DNA of 62,855 bases, filler included, from Candidatus Woesearchaeota archaeon (GTDB lineage Archaea > Nanobdellota > Nanobdellia > Woesearchaeales > WJIZ01), in assembly GCA_018221205.1 (NCBI GenBank). It is 8 parts of 8 records of this genome, joined end to end, with 100 filler letters (N's around TTAATTAATTAA, not from the genome) between each part and the next. Parts side by side here need not be neighbours in the genome. Positions count along the whole stretch, not along the records: positions 38,376 to 40,979 come from JAAOYF010000071.1; positions 41,080 to 62,855 come from JAAOYF010000072.1; 6 more parts are not named here. One strand, given 5' to 3'. A program made the position numbers and the translations under genes. The notes under the pieces were generated by a model. The model was given only the letters and a program-made list of their open reading frames with translations. It ran no database searches and was not told where the DNA came from. Numbering within the stretch: position 1 is the first letter of the stretch; every line of letters begins with the position of its first letter. Shown here piece by piece: positions 40,435 to 49,124 of the stretch.

Positions 40435-40979
40435 TTTTTTCCTCCAAAACGGTAACTGAGCATTTTATAGACGAGCTTTGCTGCCAGAAAATCTGGTGCA
40501 TGATTCTCTTTATGGGGAGACAACTCAACAACATCAAAACCCACTACATTCTTTTCAGCAAAGACTTTCTTCAGGAAAGGCATGATGTCTCGCCAGAACA
40601 GACCACCAGGCTCTGGTGTGCCTGTAGCAGGCATCAATGAGCTGTCAAAGGCATCAAGATCAAACGTGATATAGACATTCTTGGACAATTTTCCAATAGC
40701 CTTGTCAATCCATCCAGTATTATCATGGATATCTTTCATGAAAAACACCTTATCTTTATCCATGAACTCTTTCTCGATAACATCCATGCTTCGTATGCCC
40801 ACTTGGACAATAGGACAATGCTCCTTAGCACGCGACATCACACAAGCATGATTAAATTTCGAGCCAAGATACTCAGGTCGGAGATCAGAATGTGCGTCGA
40901 TCTGCAACACAGAAAGATCATCAAACTTCTCAGCATGCGCCTGGATCGTGCCGTTGCTCACTGAATGCTCTCCACCGAG
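40431..40979 (-). CDS. speB: Agmatinase (5' end lost in gap)
   Basis: GGEHS, DAHSDLR, DLDAFD, TGTPEPGG, DVVE. Confidence 0.9.
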   Translation of the reverse strand, partial: LGGEHSVSNGTIQAHAEKFDDLSVLQIDAHSDLRPEYLGSKFNHACVMSRAKEHCPIVQVGIRSMDVIEKEFMDKDKVFFMKDIHDNTGWIDKAIGKLSKNVYITFDLDAFDSSLMPATGTPEPGGLFWRDIMPFLKKVFAEKNVVGFDVVELSPHKENHAPDFLAAKLVYKMLSYRFGGKK

Positions 40980-41079
40980 NNNNNNNNNNNNNNNNNNNNN
41001 NNNNNNNNNNNNNNNNNNNNNNNTTAATTAATTAANNNNNNNNNNNNNNNNNNNNNNNNNNNNNNNNNNNNNNNNNNNN

Positions 41080-41751
41080 ATGTTTTTTAGAATTTACCAG
41101 TTTATAGATTATTTCAGCAGCAGTTTGTCCTGAAATCGCATAATGGAATTTATTCTGTATTGTTGCATAAAAATCTCTTGTAATGTCTGAAGTTCTATCA
41201 TAATCAATACTACATTCTGCAAATATATCTGTAATTTGTTGATAAATTCTTCTTTCACTTGCTCTGATTGAGCGGACTCTTTCAAGAAGTTCTTTGAAAT
41301 AATCTTTACCGAAATATTTACCATTCTTTAATCTTTCATCATCAAGAGTAAACCCTTTGATAACATACTCTTTAAGGATTTTAGTTGCCCATATTCTGAA
41401 TTGAGTTGCTCTTTTTGAATTAACTCTATATCCTACTGAGATAATTGCATCAAGATTGTAGAAGAATTGATCCCTTTTTACTTCTCTACCACCTTCTTTT
41501 TGAACTATTCGAATTTTTCGAATAGTTGAACTTTCATCAAGTTCTTTAGTTTTGAAAATCTCTTTTAAGTGGTAATTTATCGTATTTACTTCAATATCAA
41601 ATAGTTCAGCCATCTTCTTTTGTGTAAGCCAAACATTTTCATTATGTAGAAATACATCTACTCTGATCTTGCCATCTGGAGAATTATAAAGTAAAAAGTC
41701 AGTTACTTCATCTTTTGTAGTAAGTTCTTTAGTTATTTTTTTACCTCCCAT
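41080..41751 (-). CDS. RhuM-family protein (3' end lost in gap)
   Basis: WLTQKKMAELF, YNLDAIISVGYRVNS.RATQFRIWAT, IRASERR.YQ.ITD. Confidence 0.9.
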
Positions 41752-41752
41752 C

Positions 41753-42352
41753 TTAAAGTACCACAATTCTCCCATAATCTGTTAGTTGAAGACCATCTTT
41801 AGTATTTTCAATAACATCCATATCTTTAAGTTCTTTGATATGTTTGTAGAGCATGGCTCTACTTATGTCTATCTTGTTTGCAAGATCAATCATTGAAACA
41901 ATAGAATTTTTATGTAAATAATGAACTATTTTATTTTGTCCTGGAGTAATAGCATAAGATAATTTTGGAAGACTTATAATAGACTTATCCTCTTCTTTTA
42001 CATACATAATCCTCTTTACCCTGTCAGTTCTAGCATATGAACCAAACAATAATCCTAAAGCTTTTGTCTTACGACCTGCAGTTATATCAATATAAATTTC
42101 ATCTTTATCAGAAAGAAGATCGATAATCTTAACAGTCTCTTTTGCCACTTTAACAATATCACATACTTCAGTTTCAATAGTAGTTATTTCCATGACTGAA
42201 CCAAGTGATTTTTTTAGTATTTCTAACGATTCTAATTGCTTTTTATCGGGTTTTTTATCAATAAGTAGAATGAGTCTATCAGCACTCATTTTCGTTGCAG
42301 AAGCTATTATAGGCTCGAATACATAGAGTGTAGCAATGAGTATCTTTGTCAT
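41753..42352 (-). CDS. CARF-wHTH (Csa3-like) transcriptional regulator
   Basis: Rossmann-like N-domain with DITAGRK, followed by a winged HTH (DLANKIDISRAMLYKHIKEL...LTDYGR). Confidence 0.8.
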   Translation of the reverse strand: MTKILIATLYVFEPIIASATKMSADRLILLIDKKPDKKQLESLEILKKSLGSVMEITTIETEVCDIVKVAKETVKIIDLLSDKDEIYIDITAGRKTKALGLLFGSYARTDRVKRIMYVKEEDKSIISLPKLSYAITPGQNKIVHYLHKNSIVSMIDLANKIDISRAMLYKHIKELKDMDVIENTKDGLQLTDYGRIVVL

Positions 42353-42558
42353 GGATGTGGTAAAGTTATGCTAGTTTATAAATATTACTCAATTAGCGGA
42401 ATTATCTCATGAAAAATAGAATTGGTATAAAATAATGTATAAAACATAAAAACTTTGTTTTTGAATATTTACAGTTGAATTTTGTGATTTTATCACAAAA
42501 ATAAGACTTAAATCCTTAATTTTGAGGTTTTAATATACAGTGCCAAATACAATGTCAT

Positions 42559-42936
42559 TTGCAATATGAGAGAGATTTCTGTAATCTTATGCAATCAGAA
42601 GGGTACCATTCTGAAAGGGTTGCTGCTTCTGGCAGTAGGCGGGGAAGTTTTTGTGATGCTGTATTGTTCACTCCTGGTAATTCTTATCTTGTCGAGGTGA
42701 AAAGCACCAAAACTAAGAGTTGTTCCTTGAAAAAGGGTCTCCATGGCCTTGTAGAGCGGTGCGAGGGCTTGCACATCTTGCCTCTGGTGGCTGTTTATTT
42801 CAAAAGCAGCCATAGTAGCCATATCAAGATCACTAAAAAGCCTCGTAGAAAAAAAGCTTGTAGACGCACACGATTTTGGAGGTCAAAGGCATGTGTCACT
42901 TACCAGGATAGGCTACAAAAGATACTTAGAAATTAA
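42559..42936 (+). CDS. Hjc-like PD-(D/E)xK nuclease, possibly degenerate
   Basis: ER..CNL, RVAASGS, CD, LVEVKST motifs; start and C-terminus look disrupted. Confidence 0.65.
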   Translation: MQYERDFCNLMQSEGYHSERVAASGSRRGSFCDAVLFTPGNSYLVEVKSTKTKSCSLKKGLHGLVERCEGLHILPLVAVYFKSSHSSHIKITKKPRRKKACRRTRFWRSKACVTYQDRLQKILRN

Positions 42937-43008
42937 GAAACAAATATACCCCTACATAGGCTTATACATGGGCTTCAAAGACGATCCAAGATCACCCATT
43001 CTCTAAAA

Positions 43009-43545
43009 TCAAGAATCTAAAATAGAACTGATTCTTTCTTTGCAAGCATCAATATCTGTTGAGTCAATGCACGAAACATCCTTTTCAGGAAATAATTCAA
43101 ACAGCTTTTTTTCTTTTAAAAATAATAATATGTCTTGAATGACTTTATCAAGATCAACTATTTTATAGATAGGACCTCCCCCAATTCCCTTGTTTGTGGA
43201 CAGAGGCATATGATTTAATCCATTAGGATAGTTGCCAATAAATATTTTCTTAAAGAGTTCATCAGAAGTCTCTTCTGATTTCCAATCAATATTTAGATGT
43301 AGAGGTTGATTAGGAGTGTGATTTTTCATATCTACACAAAGAGTAATGGCATTTTCAGATTTATCGGCAAATATATGACTTACCCCCATTAATGCAGGTC
43401 TTTTATCCTTGCTTGTAGCTTCATGTAAGCTCCATGCTTGAATGATGATTTGCTCAGACTTATCATCCCATATTTGTAAAGTAAACCCTTTTGCAAAAGG
43501 AAGGTAATGAGTTTCAACTCCATCAGATTTGTCTAAAAGATTCAT
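43009..43545 (-). CDS. Hypothetical protein
   Basis: 178-aa AT-rich ORF. Confidence 0.6.
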   Translation of the reverse strand: MNLLDKSDGVETHYLPFAKGFTLQIWDDKSEQIIIQAWSLHEATSKDKRPALMGVSHIFADKSENAITLCVDMKNHTPNQPLHLNIDWKSEETSDELFKKIFIGNYPNGLNHMPLSTNKGIGGGPIYKIVDLDKVIQDILLFLKEKKLFELFPEKDVSCIDSTDIDACKERISSILDS

Positions 43546-43694
43546 AATATTCGATAATAGCCTAAGAATATAAAGATTTACCCTTCAAATGGCCACAACG
43601 TTTTTAAAACATTAAGAACACTAAGTAGTGTACTAAGAAAACCAATAAAAGGACACACTAAAACACAGGTTCATACTGGCTGTGAGTCAGGGTG

Positions 43695-44438
43695 TTAATC
43701 GTTCTCTACTCTTGGAGCAAGAACAAAACTCAATGAAACCTTATCAAGTTCTTTATAGTCGAGTTTCAGCGGATAGTCCTTGTTGAAATGGACATCCACT
43801 TTTTCTGACAGCTTAGAAGCGCCCATCATCTTCTTCAGATATTCAATAGAGTATTTTGACCTGATCTTTGATGTGCCCTGGACTGTTATCTTCACATTGT
43901 CCTCTTCCTTTATCTCGACCTTGACTTGAGAAAGATCCCCTTCTGCGAGTATGTTGAGCTTTTTCGGCTCTGCCTCGAGTGCCATGGACTCTGCCACTAT
44001 GGAAGCGTCTTCCACTGCTTCATTCAAGATAGAACAAGGCATCTCGATATGGACAGGAAACTTCAATTCCGGAATTTTCTGCTCTTTTTCCTCAATATCG
44101 ATGATAGGAAGGTTGAATGTCCTGGTTGTGTTGCTTTTCAGCTGTATCTTGAGCTTGCTTTCCTCTAATTCTAAGGTTATGGCGTCGTTTGCTTTCGCCC
44201 TTCTCAAGATCTGCTTCAGGTTGTTGAGGTTTATTGAAAGCTCAATATCCTCTTTGATATTATATTCTGTGAAAGCGGAGCTCAATAGCTTAAAGATGAC
44301 CATGGCCACGTTAGCAGGATCCATCGCCACGAGTTCAAGGCCGTTCTTGCTCACTTTAAAACGTGCTTCATTGACCAGCTCCGAGATTATTGCGATAGAA
44401 TCCTTAAGATAACTTGGTTCTGCTAAGGTTAATTTCAT
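43695..44438 (-). CDS. pcn: DNA polymerase sliding clamp PCNA
   Basis: AMDPANVAMV, YSIEYLKK, DYPL, LAPR. Confidence 0.96.
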   Translation of the reverse strand: MKLTLAEPSYLKDSIAIISELVNEARFKVSKNGLELVAMDPANVAMVIFKLLSSAFTEYNIKEDIELSINLNNLKQILRRAKANDAITLELEESKLKIQLKSNTTRTFNLPIIDIEEKEQKIPELKFPVHIEMPCSILNEAVEDASIVAESMALEAEPKKLNILAEGDLSQVKVEIKEEDNVKITVQGTSKIRSKYSIEYLKKMMGASKLSEKVDVHFNKDYPLKLDYKELDKVSLSFVLAPRVEND

Positions 44439-44482
44439 AGTTCATACCCCCAGAAAGTGTATTCTTTCCGCATATAAAAATC

Positions 44483-45814
44483 TTATCGTTTTATCTCTAG
44501 CATCTGGCCGTCTTTGAGAATATGGATGTTCTTGTCCATCTTGTAGCCTTTTTCAATGCCTAGGTTTGCTAATGAGAGTTTCATCTCCTCTTGGCCGTGG
44601 GCAGGGATCAGATGGTGCGGTTTGAGCATGATCAAGAGGTCTCTTAAGTCTTCCTTGGCTGCATGGCCGGAGACGTGGATTCCCCGAAATATCCTCACGC
44701 CGAAATGAAGGAGCTCTTCTTCTAGATTATGTCGATTGGATATATTTGTCTCTGTCGGAATTATGGTGCAGGAGAAGATGACGTGATCTTCTGGCTTGAA
44801 CTTGAATTGGAACTCTTTTCTTGCCATCTTTGACAATGTGGCTTTCGGCTCTCCTTGATGGCCAGTCACCACCATGATATATTTTTCAGGTGATTTGGAG
44901 ATCTCTCTCAGTTTCTTCTTTATCTTGCCGCCGTATCTGACGATCTCTACGTCTTTTGAGAAGTCGACCATCTTGATATTCTCGGCTGCCTCTGTATATT
45001 TTGCAAGACTTCTCCCTAAAAAGACAATCTTTCTGTTGAGCTTTTTTCCGAATTCTATTATTGATTTCAATCTGGCTATATGTGAAGAGAATGTTGTGAC
45101 AATAATAGCGCGTCCTTCTGATTCTACGCCCAGCATGACGTCTCTGAGCATCTCTTTAGCTACGGTCTCTGAAGGTGTTTTAGCTGGTCTGTTTGCTCTG
45201 GTTGAGTCGCAGATCAATGCTTTGACTCCTTGATCCCCTAAAGCTTTCAGTCTCTCATAATTAGGTTTTTTTCCTAAGACTGGCTGGTTATCGAACTTGA
45301 AATCATTGGCATAGACTACAATACCATCTTGCGTATGCAAGGCGATCATCGCTGTATGAGGAGTAGAGTGGGTTACGTTGATGAATTCTATTGTTAATGT
45401 CTTTGAGAGGACATATTTTGAATTTGGGTTGACAGAAAGGATCTTGTTCTTCAGATTGATCTTTTCATCCTTGATAATTGCTTTGATGACTTCTGCGGTG
45501 AAGGGGGTGCAGATTATTGGACAGTCATACTGATTTGAAAGATAGGGGATGGCGCCGATATGATCCAGATGAGCGTGGCTTGGCACTATTGCTTTGATCT
45601 TTTTCTTTATCGGATCTAAGACTGTTATGTTAGGGACTGCTCCAACTTTAAGAAGTTCTTTCACATTGATATTCTGGATATCTTCATCGTCTGTATACTT
45701 GATGTAGGGCTCTAGATGGATACCCATGTCGAGAATGATCGCTTCATCTCCTACTTCGACGCAGGACATGTTCTTGCCGATCTCATTATAACCGCCGACA
45801 GCGTATATTTTCAT
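44483..45814 (-). CDS. rnj: Ribonuclease J (beta-CASP)
   Basis: GGYNEIGKN, HAHLDH, HSTP, DFKFD, HVSGH, PAHG; true start taken as MKIYAV at 45814. Confidence 0.93.
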   Translation of the reverse strand: MKIYAVGGYNEIGKNMSCVEVGDEAIILDMGIHLEPYIKYTDDEDIQNINVKELLKVGAVPNITVLDPIKKKIKAIVPSHAHLDHIGAIPYLSNQYDCPIICTPFTAEVIKAIIKDEKINLKNKILSVNPNSKYVLSKTLTIEFINVTHSTPHTAMIALHTQDGIVVYANDFKFDNQPVLGKKPNYERLKALGDQGVKALICDSTRANRPAKTPSETVAKEMLRDVMLGVESEGRAIIVTTFSSHIARLKSIIEFGKKLNRKIVFLGRSLAKYTEAAENIKMVDFSKDVEIVRYGGKIKKKLREISKSPEKYIMVVTGHQGEPKATLSKMARKEFQFKFKPEDHVIFSCTIIPTETNISNRHNLEEELLHFGVRIFRGIHVSGHAAKEDLRDLLIMLKPHHLIPAHGQEEMKLSLANLGIEKGYKMDKNIHILKDGQMLEIKR

Positions 45815-45886
45815 ATTTGATTTTTTCCGAATGTTCTTTATTAAGTTATTGGAAAAATCTATAAAGAAATCGGCATACATCTGTTC

Positions 45887-46597
45887 ATGGACATCATAAT
45901 CATTCTTATTGCAGTTTTCATCGGTTTTTTCGTACAAGGTATTCTTGGATTCGGTGGAGGATTAGTGGCTATGCCTTTACTTGTTATCTCACTAAGTGTT
46001 GTTGATTCAGTTGCTGTTCTTTCTGGACTGATGGCTGTCCATAGTGTTTGGTTCACCTACACTCTCCGAAGAAAAACTGAATGGAAGATAGCTCTGCCGC
46101 TTGGATTGGGAGGTATTTTGGGCATTATCGTGGGAGTAGCTTTGCTCTTGCTCTCTCCTCCTCTTTTACTTCGTAAATTATTGGGAGCATATCTTCTCCT
46201 CTATATCGGCTATTATTTTTGGAGTGCACACAAATTCAGGATTGCGAAAGGAAGCAGTATTATTTTTGGTTTTATCGGTGGAATATTCTCGGGGTTGTTT
46301 GCGAATGGTGGGCCGTTCTATGCTACCTATATCCATCATGCCATCAAGAAAGCAGATATCATTCGAGCGACTATCTTTGGAGCGTTAGTGTGGGGTAATG
46401 TTTTGAGATTCCTTATGCTCATTATCGCAGGATCATATACTCAGCCACTTATCTGGTCAGTAGTTCTTGCTTTGCCTGTCTTTATTGTTGCGGGTTTGCT
46501 TGCTCGTTCAATCGCCAAGCGTATCAATCAGAAAGCGTTTGAGGGAATGGTTCTTGTTGTATTGATTATCTCTGGATTGTTGTTAGTTCTTAGTTGA
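45887..46597 (+). CDS. TauE/SafE-family exporter
   Basis: GFGGG and GLFANGGP repeats, about 8 TM segments. Confidence 0.85.
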   Translation: MDIIIILIAVFIGFFVQGILGFGGGLVAMPLLVISLSVVDSVAVLSGLMAVHSVWFTYTLRRKTEWKIALPLGLGGILGIIVGVALLLLSPPLLLRKLLGAYLLLYIGYYFWSAHKFRIAKGSSIIFGFIGGIFSGLFANGGPFYATYIHHAIKKADIIRATIFGALVWGNVLRFLMLIIAGSYTQPLIWSVVLALPVFIVAGLLARSIAKRINQKAFEGMVLVVLIISGLLLVLS

Positions 46598-46719
46598 AAA
46601 GAATGTTGCGTGATGATTCCCACCTAAGGGTAGACTGCCCTTAGAAACCCTCAAAAATAAATAAGTGAGGAGTGTAAGAAGTTTTGAGTGAAATATTATT
46701 ATCTAATTTTTTAATTAGT

Positions 46720-47319
46720 TTACTTTGAAAAAAAAGTTTCTCGCCCGGGTGATCCGTTAAAAGCGATTTCAAATATTTCTCTGGCTCGATGTTCAATCCC
46801 ATCACTATTACTACACAAAAGAATTCCGTCCAGGGGAATTACTCTTTTAGCTTCTTCTGCTACTCTGGCAGCATAGTCATATGGGATAACACATCCATCA
46901 AGGGCATTAACAAGTATATTTGCACTGCTTGTCCCCTGATCAAGTAGAAAGGATAGGGCATCTCTGCCATCGTATCTGATTTTTGACATATCTCTTGATT
47001 GCTCTGCCCAAGCCCTCATTAATTCTTCATTATGAAATGGATCAACAGCAATCACTTCTACTACACCTAGGTCAAGATATTCGTCACTACCGTCTATGGG
47101 AATAGCACCTAATAGTTGTTGAGCAGCACGAAATCCAAGCTTTCCACTAGCTAGATCAATTAATGGATGTCCTGAAAGGTATTGATTTAAATCCTCTTGC
47201 CTATAAACCAGTTCTCTAAGCACATACTCCACAACTCCATTAAACATTACAACAGGCTCTCTTTTTACTGATCTCTGTATTAATAATTGATCCTGATCGG
47301 ATATTGTTTTTTTAGCCAT
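46720..47319 (-). CDS. Hypothetical protein, possibly a degenerate SAM-MTase fold
   Basis: LIDLASG, AVDP, DALSFL, RVIP.DG patterns. Confidence 0.55.
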   Translation of the reverse strand: MAKKTISDQDQLLIQRSVKREPVVMFNGVVEYVLRELVYRQEDLNQYLSGHPLIDLASGKLGFRAAQQLLGAIPIDGSDEYLDLGVVEVIAVDPFHNEELMRAWAEQSRDMSKIRYDGRDALSFLLDQGTSSANILVNALDGCVIPYDYAARVAEEAKRVIPLDGILLCSNSDGIEHRAREIFEIAFNGSPGRETFFSK

Positions 47320-47450
47320 TTTAAATCAAGTGTAAGTAGAAGAATGGTTTTAAATTTATAAACAATGGGATTTCAAAACATATAACCCATATTATCTTGT
47401 CGAGAAATAGAGAAGAATATCTGAGATTCGAAATGCTCAAATGAAAAGAA

Positions 47451-47611
47451 TGCGGGAAGCAGGACTCGAACCTGCGAAGGCACTAAGCCAATAGATGGCT
47501 CACGGAGCACTTCATCGACCTTGTGGGTCTCGTTACTCAAACGACTTGAGTTTGGATGTTTAGCGCCTCTGCGGTAAACTCTATCCCGTTTGACCGCTCC
47601 GGCATTCCCGC
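47451..47611 (-). tRNA. tRNA-Leu(CAA) with two introns (47552-47580 at 30/31; 47497-47544 at 37/38)
   Basis: Acceptor GCGGGAA/TTCCCGC, Leu-type variable arm; removing both BHB introns restores ATAGA-CTCAAGA-TCTAT and an 84-nt tRNA. Confidence 0.85.
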
Positions 47612-47646
47612 ATTATGCTAAACAAATAAGAATTCTTTTTTAAGGA

Positions 47647-48045
47647 TTACGAAAGATGCGCAAGCTTTGATTCGATATCTGCTAATCCGTCCTCGATCCT
47701 ATCTAACTCAGACCTAGGTTTTGGAGGGAGAGTGGCAGGCTTTTTCTCTATCTGCACTATCTTCTTCACTGGCTTTGGCTTTGGCTCAGAAGGTAAATTG
47801 ATATGAGGCATTGTCTTCTTGATCTTGTTTATCGTGGCAGAGATATGCTTCAGATTCTTCCTTAATTTTGATTTCTCATGGATCTTCTGCTTCCGTAATT
47901 CCTTCAATTCCTGGAAGACTCTCATCGACTCAAGTGTCTTCCTTCTTGCTTCTAATAAAGAAACCCTCGTGACATGTGGATCATTCATCGCGACAAAGAA
48001 TTCCTCTTTCGGAGCTGCTTTTTTCTTTGCCTTTTTTGCCATCAT
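47647..48045 (-). CDS. Hypothetical coiled-coil protein
   Basis: FFV strand followed by a long helix; C-terminal ELDRIEDGLADIESKL. Confidence 0.75.
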   Translation of the reverse strand: MMAKKAKKKAAPKEEFFVAMNDPHVTRVSLLEARRKTLESMRVFQELKELRKQKIHEKSKLRKNLKHISATINKIKKTMPHINLPSEPKPKPVKKIVQIEKKPATLPPKPRSELDRIEDGLADIESKLAHLS

Positions 48046-48269
48046 ATCCTCTCGGGTTCTAATAAGGTATTGGTCACGACAGAAATCTTATCTCTTGTTT
48101 CTGCAAAATTTGAGCGCCATGCATCTATTTTCTCTGCTTCCTGCTTTGAGAGCCCATCGATAGTAGTGAGGATCTCTCTTGTCTCGTGGATCGCATTCCT
48201 CAGCTCGTCAACTAGCTGATTTATTTCACTCGGGTCGTGAATCCTTACAAAAACAGGCATTTGGTCCAT
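48042..48269 (-). CDS. Small coiled-coil protein
   Basis: PVFVRI followed by a helical hairpin; ATGA overlap with the next gene. Confidence 0.75.
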   Translation of the reverse strand: MDQMPVFVRIHDPSEINQLVDELRNAIHETREILTTIDGLSKQEAEKIDAWRSNFAETRDKISVVTNTLLEPERI

Positions 48270-48271
48270 TT

Positions 48272-49024
48272 TTACTGGAATAATGAGCTTTCAAGCTCAT
48301 CGAGCTTTCTATCGATCTCTGTAAGATCCTCATGTAATTTTGAGAAGGTCTCTTCTTCATCGCTCATGTCCTGGGCAATCTCTGCAATCTCCAAGTCTGA
48401 GTCTTTCAAGGATTTCTTAATGGTATTCAATTCCCGCAACGCTTTCTTGTACTTGCCCACTTCCACAAAGACTGGTTTGTGGCCTCCCGAAAATAGATGG
48501 GGATGCTCAGGTATGGGTGCAGACTCTTCGAACAGTCTCTTGGTATCGAACGACTCCTTTTCTATCGGAGGCAGCTCGTGATGCTCTGCGTGCTCGGGCA
48601 TAGGGAATTTAGGCTCGGGAAACATTGAAGGTGCTTCTTCCATGGGGGGCATAGGGAAATTCTCCTTTGGAGGCTGCATCGGAGGCATTGCCTTAGGTTT
48701 CATCGACGGCATCCTCGGCTCCATAGGTGGAGGCATAGGGAAATCTTCATGTTTATTAAGAGGTGGAAAATCTGTGTGATGATCCATGGATGGGTGTGGT
48801 GGGAAATCCTTAGTCTTCGCATCAGGTGGAGGAAAATCTAACGTAGGCTCTGGTGGAAGATCAGGAATACTGGGACCTGGAGGACTAGGAGGAGTCATAT
48901 CTTGAGAAGGTGCACCTTCCATAGGTGGGGGCGGGGGGATATCTAAGCTATCTTCTGTTTTTGCTTGTTTTTTCCTCATGAATTTCATGAAACCAATCAT
49001 TCCCCTTTTTTGTATGAAATACAT
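48272..49024 (-). CDS. Proline-rich protein with C-terminal coiled coil
   Basis: FPPP/FPMPP repeats, then PVFVEV and a helical hairpin. Confidence 0.75.
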   Translation of the reverse strand: MYFIQKRGMIGFMKFMRKKQAKTEDSLDIPPPPPMEGAPSQDMTPPSPPGPSIPDLPPEPTLDFPPPDAKTKDFPPHPSMDHHTDFPPLNKHEDFPMPPPMEPRMPSMKPKAMPPMQPPKENFPMPPMEEAPSMFPEPKFPMPEHAEHHELPPIEKESFDTKRLFEESAPIPEHPHLFSGGHKPVFVEVGKYKKALRELNTIKKSLKDSDLEIAEIAQDMSDEEETFSKLHEDLTEIDRKLDELESSLFQ

Positions 49025-49124
49025 ATTAGGCTTATTAAAGTTTTGGGACTATTTTAAAATAGTAAAAAAGCGAAAATCTTTCGATTAAAAAGTTAGTAGG
49101 CTTAAATTTCCTTATCCGTTCTTT

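Noticed and set aside
45815..45937. N-terminal extension of RNase J in the ORF track
   Set aside because: Overlaps the divergent TauE gene; the family motif begins at MKIYAVGG (45814)
46625..46645. Hairpin CTAAGGG-TAGACTG-CCCTTAG between convergent genes
   Set aside because: A single stem with no second copy seen; cannot be distinguished from a terminator or chance
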